Positions 12,877-29,420 of a stretch of 64,000 nucleotides of DNA are shown piece after piece. The position numbers and the translations under genes are program-made. Positions within the stretch are counted from its first letter, which is position 1. Every line of letters begins with the position of its first letter. Below the pieces are notes generated by a model. The model had not been told where the DNA came from. It worked only from the letters and a program-made list of their open reading frames with translations, and made no database searches. Origin of the DNA: the human T2T-CHM13v2.0 reference genome, Homo sapiens; NCBI RefSeq assembly GCF_009914755.1, contig NC_060939.1; one strand, 5' to 3'.

Positions 12877-14025
12877 GTTCTCATAGATTTCATTTCATAT
12901 GTTTTGTTTGGAGACTGGTTTGTTCACTTGAAAATGGCTAAGGGGCACTGAGTTGTAGTAATTCTCTGGTAGGAATATTGCTAAAATATAGTTCGCCTTT
13001 GGATCTCATTCCTGTAAACTGGCTATTTTAGTGCCTTTTTTTTTTTTGCTTTTATTTTCATGACAACAGCAATGGCAAGGAGGAGAAAGATAGGAATAGA
13101 CACTGAGGAGATAAACTGGTAAACCCTGACTCTTAGTGGGGAAGACGAGTGAGGCAGCAGCAGCTCTATAGTTAAAAGGAATAAAAAGATGCATTGTTTA
13201 TTTTAAATTTGTATTTTTGAAAGATACATGCTATTTCTTTTGGAAGTAAGTCTGTTCTGAGTTTGGGTAGGATCAAGGGGAAAAAAACATAGATGCAAGA
13301 AAGACTTATCTCTACAGTTAAAGATAGTACACATTTACTGGATCAAAACACATACACATTAGTGAAATTAAACTCTTATTTCCTTTGATAAAATCCAATT
13401 TAATGCTTAAAATAGTAACACAAAAAGCCAAAAGCTACTTTTAAGAAGTTTTTCTGAAAATTTATCTGATTTATTTCTTTTTTTTTTTTTTTTTGGTGGG
13501 TGAGAGATGGGGATTCTTATTGGCACATATCGATTAAATTTTATACAAATAGAAAAGTATGATTCACCAAAAAATTTTTAGACAAATAGCCACTATTCAA
13601 AATATGCTTTTATGTGAGACCTGTGCTAAGTAGGTTATATGAAGTGTAGGCAGTAATACCAAGATGGATATTCTCATCTGTAAAATGAGGCTTGAAGACC
13701 AAACTCATTGGTTTGTTGAGATAGAAAGTGGTTGAATGAGAATGCACGTGGAGGGCACGTCTTAGTGTTTGGCATAAAGGAAACAGAAATAAATGATAGC
13801 TAATGTGAACCCTAGTGTAATACTTCCTCCCACCAGTGATGAAAGATTTTTAGCCTCGGTTATTTTTTTAACCTTTAACATGAAGAAAATACTAAAAAAA
13901 AAATTGATCAAGGTCAGTGTATTAGTATACAAACATTTTTTGTATTCCCCATGTTGCCGAACTTATTCTTTCTCTCTCATTTGATGTCCAACAACCTGGC
14001 CACCCTTCCTATGCTGGAACTGAGT

Positions 14026-14998
14026 TGTGGCAGACAAAATTCTAAAATGACCTGTAGATTCTGCATGTGGTATATACACACTGTATAATACCCTCCTCTT
14101 GAGTGTGGGCAGAGCCTATGAATATGATAGGATAGCATGGTCATGATCGGGTCACTAATCTGCTGACATTGAGTTAATCAAAAGGGAAGTTATTAACTAA
14201 TCAGGAATGTCTTAGTTCATTTGGGCTGCTATAACAGAATGTCATAGGCTGGGTGTCTTAGAAACAAGATACATTTATTTCTTGCAGTTCTGGAGACTGG
14301 AAGACCAGGATCAAGGTGTAGGCAGATTTGGTGTCTGAGGAGGGCCTGCTTCTTAGTTCACATGTGGTAATCTTTTCACTGTGTCCTCACATGGAAGAAG
14401 GTGGTGAGGGAGTTCCATGGGGGTACCTTTTATGAGGGAACTAATCCCATTCATGAAGATGCCACTCTCATGACCTAATTTGGTTACTAAAGGTCCTGCC
14501 TCCTAATACCATTACATTGGTGATTAGGTTTCAACATATGCATTTTGTGGGGGACTAAAACATTCAGTCTATAGCAAGGGGAGTCCTGTAAGAGAAGGTG
14601 AGGAGGCATCAGAAAAATGCTTATTCTGCTGGCCTGTGGTAAATGGCCATGCTGTGAGGAGGGCAACATGGCCAAGAGACAAGAGAGGCCTCTAGGAGCT
14701 GAAGTGGTCCCACACCAACAGTTAGCATGTAATCAGAGACCTCAGTCATATGGCCACATCGAAATGAATTCTGTCAACAACCCGAGGGAGGTGAGAAGTG
14801 AATCTTCCCTTAGTCAAGCCTAAAGATGCAGATGCTGCCCGCTGACACCTTGATTTCTACCTTACGAGACCCTGAGCAGAGGACCCAGCTAGATCCTGCT
14901 GGTCTTCTGACCCAAAGAAACAGAGATAATAACTTCGTGTTGTTTTAAGAAGAAAATCTGTGGTGATTTGTTAAGCAGCAATAGAAAACGAACATCAG
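14026..14998 (+). mobile_element. MLT1E-like MaLR LTR, split by a second MaLR LTR
   Basis: 'tgtggcagacaaaattctaaaatgacc...cttgagtgtgggc'; ends 'ttgttaagcagcaatagaaaac'. Confidence 0.85.
14208..14576 (-). mobile_element. MLT1A/MST-like MaLR LTR
   Basis: 'tgtcttagttcatttgggctgctataaca...cattcagtctatagca'. Confidence 0.9.
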
Positions 14999-14999
14999 A

Positions 15000-15430
15000 T
15001 GAAACACACCACTGGGAATGGGATCCCACCTCCTAAGTGACTGCTGAGTAGTTGGATGAGACGATTTAGAAATGTAGGCCAGTTAACTCCCCATGGGGTA
15101 AATATTGACCAATGGGAAATGAAAAATGGAAGATGAACATAAATTTCCATCTTTCCCTCCACCTTCAGTGGACTCTTCTATTTCTTTTTTTTTTTTGGTA
15201 ACCTGCCTAAAGAAGCCCTGCATTCCAAAGGAATGAACTTGTCACTTAATTTGCTTTGTCTTTTCCCAGCTTGTTGTGGGTAGTAGCCAGTTTCCTAATG
15301 TATCACATCACACTTTGTTCACGTCTTTCCTCTTCGTTTTTACCCCTACAGTCTTGTACTTCCCAAGTAAGGTGTTAACACTTCATTCTTCCCACTAGGT
15401 TCTGCTTCCTGAAGGACCTGTGCTGTCAGT
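15000..15430 (+). mobile_element. ERVL LTR16-like fragment
   Basis: 'agttaactcccc..ttgaccaatgg' core and a 'ttctgcttcctgaaggacct' end. Confidence 0.5.
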
Positions 15431-17859
15431 CACATAACAATTAAGAGGCAGATCTAGAATCTGAGTCCAATTCTGACTCCAAAACATATTAATTTCATTA
15501 TACCTTATTTCATTTCAAAGAAATTAAATCTAAAAAATAAAAGTATGTGCATGGTAGAAGCAGCACAAAATTTCTATTCTGATGACCATTCAAGAAGACA
15601 CAGAATAGGGGTTTCAGATTATCTTCTTGTTCAAAATAGAGTTGATCGAACTGTTAGAAGGAACAATTTCTGGCTGTTTTAGTATGCAGTTTGGAAACAA
15701 GGAACTCTAAGTGATACTAGACTCCTGTAATGTTTATTGCTAACATACCTCTTGGGACAATAGTATTGTAAAAGAGTCACTTGCTCTTTCCACAGTGGAG
15801 GCAGAATTTAAGGCCTGCTCTTCTTAGTTTTTTAAGAGTTGTCAATACTTTCCTAAAGTTGGGATTTTGCCTTGAACTTGTACTGAGATGCTCTTTTTGT
15901 TGAGCAGTGTTCAATGAGCCTGAGGCAGAGTCTGAGGCAAATAAACAGAAACAATACCCAAGTGCAGTTTAAACTCTGAATTCTTTTGGTAAATGAAAAT
16001 GATCTTTTCAGATTGGTTAATCTGTTTAGTGCATTAGGACCTAATAGGGTGGGCATCATACTTAGCTGCGTTAATGATAGCGCCCAGAGAATAGGTAAGT
16101 CTTTATTTCCAGTTTGTTTTTTCTCCTTATGAATTTGTGTGTAAGTAACTTGATGACCATGAATATGAGATGGGAACATTGCTTTGAGGTGTTTGTCCTT
16201 AGGATTCCATTGCAGATTCTTCTAAGATATTTGCTGCCCTCATTCTTTGAATTTTTTACTGATAATCTGAGTTGAGTCATTTGGCAGTCACCCCTAAATA
16301 TACCTCTAGAAATCCTCCAGTCACAGGTGATTGAGAAATAAATACCTAACTGAAGCTTGGCGAAACATTCTCAGAAATTCACGTCTGATAACTTCACTGC
16401 GGAGAGAAAGGAGAGACTTATTTGCCTGCCTTCTGTTGTCTTTTGCTTCCTCTGGTCCTTAAGGAGAGTGTTAAGGCTCCTGTATCACTAGCCCACCAAT
16501 AGCTGCTCAGGGAGTCAGATTCATGTTCTGCACTATGGCAGTTCATCTGAATCCAGGAGTTGAAACGCAACATTGCATGGGTGGGATGCTGACTAAGAGA
16601 AAGAAGGAAGCAGTTGAGGGAACCTGTACTGTCCCAGGGTTCTGTGTCCACAGCTTGGATAGAAGAACCTCCAATTTGCTATTCTTCCTTCAATGACTTC
16701 TGAATGGATTTGTATGCACTTTACATCACATTCTGGTTGCAAAAAGCACAAATAATCCCATCTCGAAGGTGTCTGCTTGACTAAAACTGTCATCCACTTT
16801 CCCCTAGCCTGTGTATTATGTCATCTTTTGAGCTCTCTGAAGGAAGAACCTGAATTTTTTTTTTGAATGGCATTCTCAGAATGTGCTTGTATCATATATT
16901 ACATTAAATATAAGCTTATAGATATTATATAAATATAAATATAACATATTAAAGTATATCCTTCTATATAAGAATACACAGAGACTCTTATCTGCTCTGT
17001 TACATCTAGAGATCCTTGAGGACAGAAATTATGCATTCTCCCTGGATTTCTCAAAGCACTCAGCAAATAGATGGTCATGGAGTGAGTAAATAAATATTGG
17101 TAACAGTGGTTACCTCTTAGATCCTGTCTGCCATGTGTGATATGATTTCCTTCTCATCTCTGCCTTTAACTTCAGGGACTGATTTAGTTGTCACCTTAAG
17201 CAAAAATGATGAAATTTTTCTGATACATCTTATTACATGAACCTATATCCCATTTAAATTCCCATGGAAATTTATTTGAAAATCTGAATGTATCTTGTGA
17301 TATTTTGCTTTGCAATCTAGTTCAATCATATAGTAATCTCATTTTTATAGTTATTAAGTAAACTCTGGAAACCTCCTCTGTCTAGGACCTGAGGTTATAA
17401 AAATGAGAAGACTTGGTCATTGTCTTCAAGGAACTTACGATTTCAAGGTTGAATGATTCACAAAACATTATTTCCATCACAGCCATTGCCATATTGTTAT
17501 GCTCAAGCTGCAATGTCAGCAGAAAGAAAAGAGAAAGGCTTTGGGGCAGTTATCATAGAAGAAATCATGTAAGGATTTAAGAAGTGGTGAATGAATGGGG
17601 TGTGTGTGTGTCAGGGTAAAATGAGACTGGCCTTTAATGAGTGTTGGTTGAGTGATGTGGGGGTTAGTTCTTGCATGTGCTGCAGGAGGGCACTGATGAA
17701 AGAGCACAGAGTATTCTCACATCACTGAAACATGGGACCCATCGGAGGAGACAGGCTGGGTAGGAAAGCTGGGGCTATAGCACCATGGATTATGGCCTGT
17801 GCTAGGTATACCATCCTAGGGGTTAAGGGGACCCACCGAAGCATTATAAGTAGAAGAGA

Positions 17860-17976
17860 GAATGCAAGCATCTTGAGAGTCAGGGACTACATCTTAGATA
17901 CATTTGTTTCCTTCATGATGCTTAGCAGAGCTTCTTGTACGTAGCAGACACCCTCAATTTTGGTTAAATAATGAAG
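17860..17976 (+). mobile_element. L2 3' end fragment
   Basis: 'cttgagagtcagggactacatctt...cttagcagag...ctcaa..ttaaataatgaa'. Confidence 0.6.
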
Positions 17977-18594
17977 CTCCATAGTTCTGGGATATCATAT
18001 AATAGGCATAGATTTTAGCAGAATTTGCAGGAAGACAGTAAATGTTTAGAATTCTTTGTTCCTGGGGACAAACTTCTGAAGTATGACCTTGTATTTCATA
18101 CAACTTTGTTCTTCAAAAATTGCTGCTATATTTTTTGTCAATTAGCTGGAATTGCGTTTGGTTAATGGCATAAGTAATTAGCCATCTTATCTTGCTCGGA
18201 AGGGCACCTAACAAGAGGTAAAATGAGCTATTTTCAGTGGTTGTAAAACTATCAAGCCACAGAAAAGGAGGTTGAGACCCTTTAAGGGCTCAGAGGAAAT
18301 GGAGCTGAAATTATACAAAAAATATCACAAATGGAAACTACTCTATAAAGAGAAAATTCAAGTCTAAATTTTTGGGATTATGCTGCCGGTTAAGTTAAAT
18401 TGTCAGAAATTGGTTAACTGTTTCTATCATACTCATAAGCCCCATTTTTCCTTTTCCCATCCAGATAAATATTGAGCCAAAGGGGATAATTGCTCAGAGT
18501 TTCATAAATCTGTTTATCTTATCAAAGCCAAAAATAAGCTAGTTAGTAATTAAAATTTAACAACCAACTAATAAAATAAGAGGACTAATACAAA

Positions 18595-19110
18595 GGCTAA
18601 CATTTATGTTGTGCTTGCTATGGACCAGGTATTGTTTGAAGTTCTCTACATGTATTTTCATTTAATCCCTGTAACAACTCTATGAATAACAAAATGAAAT
18701 AACTGTTTGATTGCATATTAGTAAGAAAATATTCTCTCTACCCATCCTTTTGTCATTAGAGTTGTACTGTCTGGTACAATAGCCACCAGACACATGTGGC
18801 TATTTAAAGTTAAATCAATTGGAATTTAAAAAATCCAGTTCCTTAGTCCTCGCCTTCTTCCAACTGCTCAGTATGGCTAGTGGTTATTGTATGGGACAGA
18901 ACAGATAGCATCTTCATCATCACAGAAATGTGTTAGGTGGGTGCTGTTCTAGAGAGACCTGATGAGCTCAGGACATTTAGTGTGAAGAGAGCTAAGAACT
19001 CATTCAATCTCTTTATTACCATTTGAAAACCTATCTGACAAAGCAGTTAAGGGACTTGCTTAAGGTCACACAGTCTGTAATTGAGAGAGCCAGGACATCA
19101 ACCTATGCAT
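18595..19110 (-). mobile_element. MIR fragments (18595-~18690 and ~19040-19110)
   Basis: 'gctaacattta...ttcatttaatcc..aacaactctatg' and 'gttaagggacttgcttaaggtcacacag'. Confidence 0.6.
18762..18946 (-). mobile_element. MER3-like hAT-Charlie non-autonomous DNA transposon
   Basis: 'tagccaccagacacatgtggctattt...atggctagtgg..catcatcacagaaa'; flanked by ttaga/ctaga. Confidence 0.75.
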
Positions 19111-19849
19111 ATTTATCCATTTCATGGACTGCTATGTCATTCTTGGTTCTATTAATGCACACCAGGGAGTGAGCAGTGAGGATGTGGTACTAACCCAGCC
19201 CTGGCCATAAATGCTTCTGTTGATAGTAATCCCAGGGAAAGGTATGGCTAAGGTATGACTATGAGAGGATTCAACTCCAAAGGACATAGTCTAGAATTCA
19301 TCACTTTTCCTTTTGGAGACCAAATTAGTATTCAGAGAAAAGAGGAACCCCAAGGGGAAACCAAGTACCTTGCATATGAGACTGATTGATAGATGGAAGA
19401 CATAAAACGAAACTTCTATCTCTTCAAGTTTCAGGGAAGTCTGAAGACTTCTATGACTCCTACTTTTTCTCCTGTGGCACTCTGGCATGTTCACCATAAC
19501 CTTTGCTCAGCACCTCTGAGGGAAGGTTTCTGCCAAAAACCTGGGATGAGGCCTGGAGTCTGGGAATGTGTTATAAAGTTTTCTGCTTAGTATTTTTTTA
19601 AGACTTTCTTGGATTTTTAAAAAATCAAAAGCTTTAAACATTATGAGCACCATAGTTATTGTTATATAATAGAACTTTCATACATTTATTACAAGTATTT
19701 TGTCCATATCCTATAATCTCAACCTTTTGTATTTATACCTGATATTTGAAGTATCTTTTAGAAAATAGATGTTTAAAGTATTTGAATTTGTTGTCACCCC
19801 CCGCCCCCCACCCCCAACTTTAAGTTCATCTGAGGCTTTTCCTCTTATA

Positions 19850-20106
19850 GGAGTACAGCAGGTGCTATCAGTATCCAGCTAACTTCTTGTAGGCCCTCAC
19901 AGTTCTCAAACATGCTGAAGGCTTATTCTAAGCAATGGGACTCACTACTTGAGGGCTTCCTCTGGATGCACTTTGCTCAATGTGGACCTGGCCAGGAATG
20001 CTAGCAAGATAACAACTCCAGGAACATCCATACCAATGACAAATAGGAATTGGTAGACAGATAATTCCTACCTCCTTGCTCAACAAGTGAGACAACTCTA
20101 AGGGAT
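19850..20106 (+). mobile_element. ERVL LTR16-like 5' fragment
   Basis: 'gcaggtgctatcagt...ccaatgac...ggtagacagata' architecture. Confidence 0.5.
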
Positions 20107-20545
20107 GTCTTGCCTTTAAAGAAATTCACAATATGTTATACCCTTGGATAATCTCCTTCACTTGAGTGTGGGCAGAACCTGTGACTTATTTCTACTCAAT
20201 AAATATAACAAATAAGATGGTATACACATACCTGTGGTTATAAGACATATCTTTGCAGATTAGCATGAGAGATTCTCCTGCTGGCCTTGGAGAAGTGAGC
20301 TGCTATGTTGTGAGAGGGCCATGTGGTAAGCAACTGTGGATCATCTCTAGGAGCTGAGGCCTTCAGTCCTGTAGCCACAAGAACTAAATTTGGCCATCAA
20401 CCACATGAGCTTGAAGAGGAACACAAGCTCCAGAAAGAAATGCAGTCTGGCTGAGACCGTGTTTGAAGTCTTGTGAGACTATGAGTAAAAGACTCAGATA
20501 AACTCTGCCCGGACTCATGACTTACAGAATTTGTTTAAAATAAAA
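20107..20545 (+). mobile_element. MLT1E/F-like MaLR LTR
   Basis: 'cttgagtgtgggcagaacctgtgactt', 'ctgctggccttggagaag' and 'gagggccatgtgg'. Confidence 0.8.
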
Positions 20546-20549
20546 AAAA

Positions 20550-21145
20550 GCAGTTGGGATTTTGATAACAGTATGTTGAAAATGATCAATTTGGGGAATT
20601 TTGCCATCTTAACAATATTAAGTCTTCCAATCCATGAACATGGAATGTCTTTCCAATTATTTATATTTTTAATTTCTTTCAATGAAGTTTTGTAGTTTTC
20701 AGTGTACAGGTATTGAACTATTTTGCTATTTTTGGAGATATTTTATTCTTTTTGATGCTATTGTAAATGGAATTGATTTGCTTCATTTTTAGATTATTGC
20801 CGGTGCATAGAAATACAATTGATTTTATACTTTGACCTTGTATCCTGCAATCTTTCTAAATTTGTTTATTCATTCTATTAGTGTTTTATTGAATTCCTAA
20901 AATTGTGTTACATACAAAATTGTCATCTGCAAATATAGTTTTACATCTTCCTTTTAGGTCTGGCTGTCTTTCATTCTTTTTTCTTGCCTTATATGCCTAG
21001 CTAGGAACTATAGTACAAATCTGAATAGAAGTGGCAGGAACAGACACTCTTATCCTGTTTGTGATCTTAGGGGATATGCATTTACTCTTTCACTATTAAG
21101 TATGATGTTATCTGTGGGGTTTTTTTTCTAATAGATATTCTTTGT
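20550..21145 (-). mobile_element. L1M ORF2 fragment
   Basis: 'gccatcttaacaatattaagtcttccaatccatgaacatggaatgtctttcc'. Confidence 0.85.
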
Positions 21146-21260
21146 CATGGGTTAAATTTGTCCTCCAATAAGATATGTTGAAGTCTTAACCCTGATAACT
21201 ATGAATGTGATATCATTTTGAAAGGGGGTCTTTGCAGATGTAAACAAATTGAGGTCATAT
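21146..21260 (+). mobile_element. MLT1A-C-type LTR 5' fragment
   Basis: 'tgtcatgggttaaatttgtcctcc..atatgttgaagtcttaacc...ggtctttgcagatgta'. Confidence 0.75.
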
Positions 21261-23133
21261 TCTTCACAGAATTAGAAAAAACTAGTTTAAAATTCATATG
21301 GAACAAAAAAAAGCCTGTATAGCCAAGACAATCCTAAGCAAAAAGAACAAAGATGGAGGCATTATGCTCTGACTTCAGATTATACTACAAGGCTACAGTA
21401 AACAAAACAGCATGGTACTTGATATGGTTTGGCTGTGTACCCACCCAAATCTTATCTTGAATTGTAGTTCCCATAATCCCCGTGTGTTGTAGGAGGAACC
21501 CTGTGGGAGATAATTTAATCATGGGTATGGTTACCCTTATGCTGTTCTTGCGATAGTGAGTTCTCACAAGACCTGATGGTTTTATAAAAGGGGTTTTTCC
21601 CCCTTTTGCTTCTCTTTGCTGCTGCCATGTGAGGAAGGTTGTGTTTGCTTCCGCTTCTGCCATGATTATAAGTTCCTGAGGCCTCTCCAGCCATGCTGTA
21701 CTGTGAGTCAGTTAAACCTCTTTTCTTTATAAATTACCCAGTCTCAGGTATGTCTTAGTAGCATGAGAATGGACTAATACAGTCCTGGTACAAAAATAGG
21801 CACATAGACCAATGGAACTGAATAGAGAGCTCAGAAACAAGACCACAAATCTACACCACCTGATTTTCAACAAACCTGACAAAAACAAACAATGGGGAAA
21901 TGATTCCCTGTTTAATAAATGGTGCTGGAAAAACTAGCTAGCCATCTGCAGAAAATTGAAACCAGACCCCTTCCTTATACCTTATACAAAAGTTAACTCA
22001 AGATGGGTTAAAGGCTTAAATTTAAAACCCAAAACCATAAAAACCCTAGAAGAAAATCTAGGCAATACTATTTAGGACGTGGTCATGGGCAAAGATTTCA
22101 TGACAAAAATGTAAAAAGCAGTTGAAACAAAAGCCAAAATTGACAAATGGGATCTAATTAAAGAGCTTCTGCACAGCAAAAGAAACTGTCATTGGAGTGA
22201 ACTGACAATCTACAGAATGGGAGAAAATTTTTGGAATCTGACAAAAGTCTAATATCCAGAATCTATAAGGAACTTAAATTTACAAGAAAAAACTCTGTCA
22301 AAAAGTGGGCAAAGGACATGAACAGAAACTTCTCAAAAGAAGACATTTATGTGGCCAACAAACATATGAAGAAATGCTTAACATCACTGATCATTAGAGA
22401 AATGCAAATCAAAACCATAATGAGATACCATCTCATGCCAATCAGAATGGCGATTATTAAAATGTCAAACAACAGATACTGATGAGGTTGTGGAGAAATA
22501 GGAACACTTTTACACAGTTGGTGAGAATATAAATAAGTTGAACCATTCTGGAAGACAGTTTGGCGATTCCTGAAAGACCTAGAACCAGAAATACCATTTG
22601 ACCCAGCAATCCCATTACTGGATACATACCCAAAGGAATAGAAATCATTTTATTATATAGATACATGCATGCGTATGTTCAGTGCAGCACTATTCGCAAT
22701 AGCAAAGACATGGAATCAACCCAAATGCCCATTAATGTTAGCCTGGATAAAGAAAATGTGGTACATATATACTTTGGAATACTATGCAGCCATAAAAAGG
22801 AATGAAATCATGTCCTTCGCAGGGACATGGATGGAGCTGGAAACCATTATCCTCAGCAAACTAACGTAGGAACAAAAAATCAAACAGCATACATTCTCAC
22901 TTATAAGTGGGGGTTAAACAACGAGAACACATGGACACAGGGAGGGGAACAACACACACTGGAGCCTGTCATACTGGGCAGCCAGGGGGAGGGAGAGCAT
23001 CAGGAAAAATAGCTAATGCATGCTGGGCTTACTACCTAGGGTGATGGGTTGATAGGTGCAGGAAATCACCATGGCATATGTTCACGTATGTAACAAACCT
23101 ATGCATCCTACACATTTACCCTGGAATTAAAAG
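21261..23133 (+). mobile_element. 5'-truncated L1PA (about PA13-16), split by THE1
   Basis: ORF2 C-terminal peptides (ORF 22231 ..[15 protein letters not shown].., ORF 22669 ..AKTWNQPKCP..); 3'UTR 'gagcatcaggaaaaatagctaatgcatgctgggctt'. Confidence 0.92.
21420..21781 (+). mobile_element. THE1 (MaLR) solo LTR
   Basis: 'tgatatggtttggctgtgt..ccacccaaatcttatcttgaattgtagttcccataatcccc' through 'ggactaataca'. TSD gtact/gtcct. Confidence 0.95.
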
Positions 23134-23134
23134 T

Positions 23135-25430
<2,296 letters not shown>

Positions 25431-26047
25431 ATTCTTGGTTGACATTTCCTTTTTCTTTCAGCACTTTGAAAATATCATCTCACTGCTTCTGGTCTCCTTT
25501 TTTTTTTTTTTTTTTTTTTTCTGATAAGTCAGTTGACATTTTTTATTGAGTTTCCCTTGTATGTGAAAAGTTCTTTTTCATTCTCAAGATTTTCTTTTGG
25601 CATTTTAACATTTTTACTCTGATGCATCTATTTTATATTTGCATTTATGTAATTTGGATTTCACTGAGCATCTGGCATGTATAGATAAATGTGTTTAATC
25701 AAGTTTGGGAAATCTTAAGCTATTATTTCTTAAAATACTTTTCTGCACATTTCTGTCTGTCCTCTCCCCCTGGAGTTCCCACTACTTTCATGTGGGTATA
25801 TTTAGAGGTGTCCCACATTTCTCTGAGGCTTTGTTCATTTTTTGCCTTTTTTTTCCTGTTCTTCAGAGTGCATAATCTTAATTCATCACTTAAAGTTCAC
25901 TGATGTTTTTTCTGACATCTCAAGTATATAGTTAATTTCTATATACTTGAGGTTATTGTATTTAGGTTGTTGTATGTTTCAACTAAAACAATGTCCATTT
26001 GGTTCTTTTAAAATAATTTCTATCTCTTTTGATATCCTTTATGATGA

Positions 26048-26440
<393 letters not shown>

Positions 26441-27177
26441 TGAATGTATTTATAATAGCTGCCTCTAAGTCTTTGTTTGCTAAATCTGGCATATGGGCTC
26501 TTTCAAAGGCTATTTCTGTTGCCCTTTTTTTCTTGTGTGGGTCACACTTTCTTCGTACTTTGTATTTCTCATAAATTCTGGTTGAAAGCTTGATATTTTG
26601 ATTGAAAGCAACTCTGGATACTTATTTTCCTACTACTTCTCTGGGGCTAATTGTTATTTGCTTTTTTGCTTGTTAATTTCTTTAGTGACTTTGTCTGGAT
26701 TATCTTAATGAAGTTTATTTCCTCCAAACTGTGTAGCCTCCAATGTTGCTTCTTAAAAGGTACAACCTTGGGAATGTGCATAGTTGCTCTGACCCCCTTA
26801 CCTCCCACTCCAAGGATGACATAGGTTTTAGCCACTCTCTGAGTGTCTCTTTCTCTGATCTCCCTGTTAAGCTTTTATCTGGTTTGCCTCTATTGGTTTC
26901 ACACCCAGTTGTTAGCGTCTAGTAGTTACTGATTGCTCTAATGTTTTCAAGAATATCCTAAAACATAAATTGTTCCACAGTCTGAGCCAATTCTTGGCCA
27001 CTTTGCAGAGGTAGTCTTTGAGGCTTGTTTCCCCCTCAGGAGATCTCTTTTTAGCTGTATCTTTATCTGATTCTCTCTGCTAAATGATTTGGTCTATGAT
27101 TTTGCTTGTTGCTATCACAGAGCTACCCACCAATTCACTAGTTGATTAATTGCTCATCACTTATTAATTGCTCATCA

Positions 27178-27508
<331 letters not shown>

Positions 27509-29204
27509 TGAAATTCCCTGTTCTGTTCAAATTAAAACCAATTCCCTTAGGGAAAACTTTTGAGCTCTCTGTTGCTGTTGCCTGCTTCTCCCCCATGGTA
27601 GAAATTCTGTGTCATTACTTCTGGGGGCAGGGACTGTAGCCTGCTTCTCGAAGAGTGATAGCCCTCCTCTGCAAGCAGGTCGATGGTAAGAGCAGTAGCT
27701 CCTGGTCTTCCTGGTTTACCTCTTCCTGTATGAAAGGTCCACTGATGCAAGGCTAATCAGAGCTAGCATTCTCTTCCTGCCACACCCAGAGTAGACTTCT
27801 ACCCTATAAGTGAAGGCTAGGTAGAAGAAGTCTGGGAGCTGGGGAAGGGAGAGGGATCTTTTTCTTGGCTGTGTACATCCAGAGTAGAGCTTTCATAGCA
27901 CAGAGCTGAGGGCAGGGGGAAGGGTAAAGGAGCCTGTCATAATTGAAACGTGACAGACTGTCATCATTTTATAGAGATTTAATGGATTTTCTTGAATAAA
28001 CATTCATACACTTGCTGTATTCTGGAAATTTTTAGAAATTTTAATTTTCTTAATAATTTTCATCATTAATAGTTTTTCTGAGAAAAGCTCTGCAGAGTTT
28101 CTCACACCACCATTGAAGAAATCTTGCCAAGTTCATTTCTGTTCCTGCTTCCATTTATTTTATAATCTCATGTCCCCCTAACCCCCTATAACAGTTTCCT
28201 GATTCTTTTCTTTTGAATCAGGAAAACAGAATGTGCCTATATTGGACTGACTTTCTGATTCAGGCACTTCTGGAATACTTGGAGAGCTGTGTGAGGGAAG
28301 GTCTTCCAGGACTGTACTTGCCAGAGGAAGTGAGGAAGGCCGCTAAGGAAGACTCACTGAAGGGAGGATTGAACAACTCCTCTTCAGTCATAGGGTAGGT
28401 GGAGGGTGTCTGTGACTTGGATTTGAGAGTGTGAAACAAAGTTGGGAGAAAGAAAATCTCTGTGGATACAAGAGGGTGGAAAGTATGTTTTGTAAGTTGG
28501 AAAAGACCATCCCTGTAAGCAATGGGCTTTCTAGGGGATCCAAAGGTAGTAGGCAGGGATGTGCTGCTTAGGAATGCCTGGGCACCATCTCTGTCTTCCC
28601 TCCTCCAGATGCAGGTATGGACATATTGACATATAGTTTAGTTTAAAAACTAGTAGATGTTGATGTCAGGAAGAACCTCCTGAAAGGGAAGCATCAAGAT
28701 CTTTGGTCATTTGTGATTTCTTCTTTCACAGAATAAAATACCTGTGACTTAGCACACTAAGGCTGTAAGATATATTTCACACGCACAAGGCTGCTTTGCA
28801 GCTGCAAGCCAGTTGGTGTTGAATGTGGATGACTGTATGAAACCCACTGAACCTTTGAGATGGAGACTCTCACAGGGGAGCCTCCTAGTCAGAGTTACCA
28901 CAATTTATGATGCCTGAGTTGAGCGAAAAGGGAAAACTGGTGCTTTATTAGGTTGTCTCTGTTTCGGTTATTGCCACATAGGGAAGTTAAGATGTGGAAT
29001 TCATATTTACTTCTTGGCACAATGAAATTTAATTGTTCACCAGCATCAGACATTAACAGAAGTGGTTTTGGCATCTTGAGGACTTTAGCCCTGTTTCCCT
29101 GGTAGGAGGTCTGCCAATGACTGTTTTTTCTGACAAGCTCTGAGTGCAAAAGGAAGGCACCCATGTAGCTTTGCACAGGTCTTTCCAGCCAAATAATAGC
29201 AATG

Positions 29205-29420
29205 ACTTATAATAACAACTTTTTGAAAGATTACTATATGCCAGTAAGCATTTTGCAGTATCACTGAGAAGCAGGTGTTTTTTTTATTAACCTCATTTTA
29301 TAGATAAGAAAACTGAGATACAGAGAAGTTGAGAGACTTGCACATAGCTTGATCAGGTCTAGCAAGTGGAAAAGGAGGCAGTCTAACTCCCAAATCAGCA
29401 CTTTGGCCCATTGTATTATA
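29205..29420 (-). mobile_element. MIR
   Basis: Core 'cctcattttatagataagaaaactgag..acagagaagtt'. Confidence 0.8.

Noticed and set aside
22231-23012. L1 ORF2-like peptides (also 33903-37030, 40347-40625, 46614-46838)
   Set aside because: Short fragments of dead L1 copies with stops and frameshifts; no intact ORF1 or ORF2.
27145-27177. 15 bp direct duplication attaattgctcatca beside an Alu tail
   Set aside because: A small local slippage duplication; not the Alu TSD and with no functional indication.
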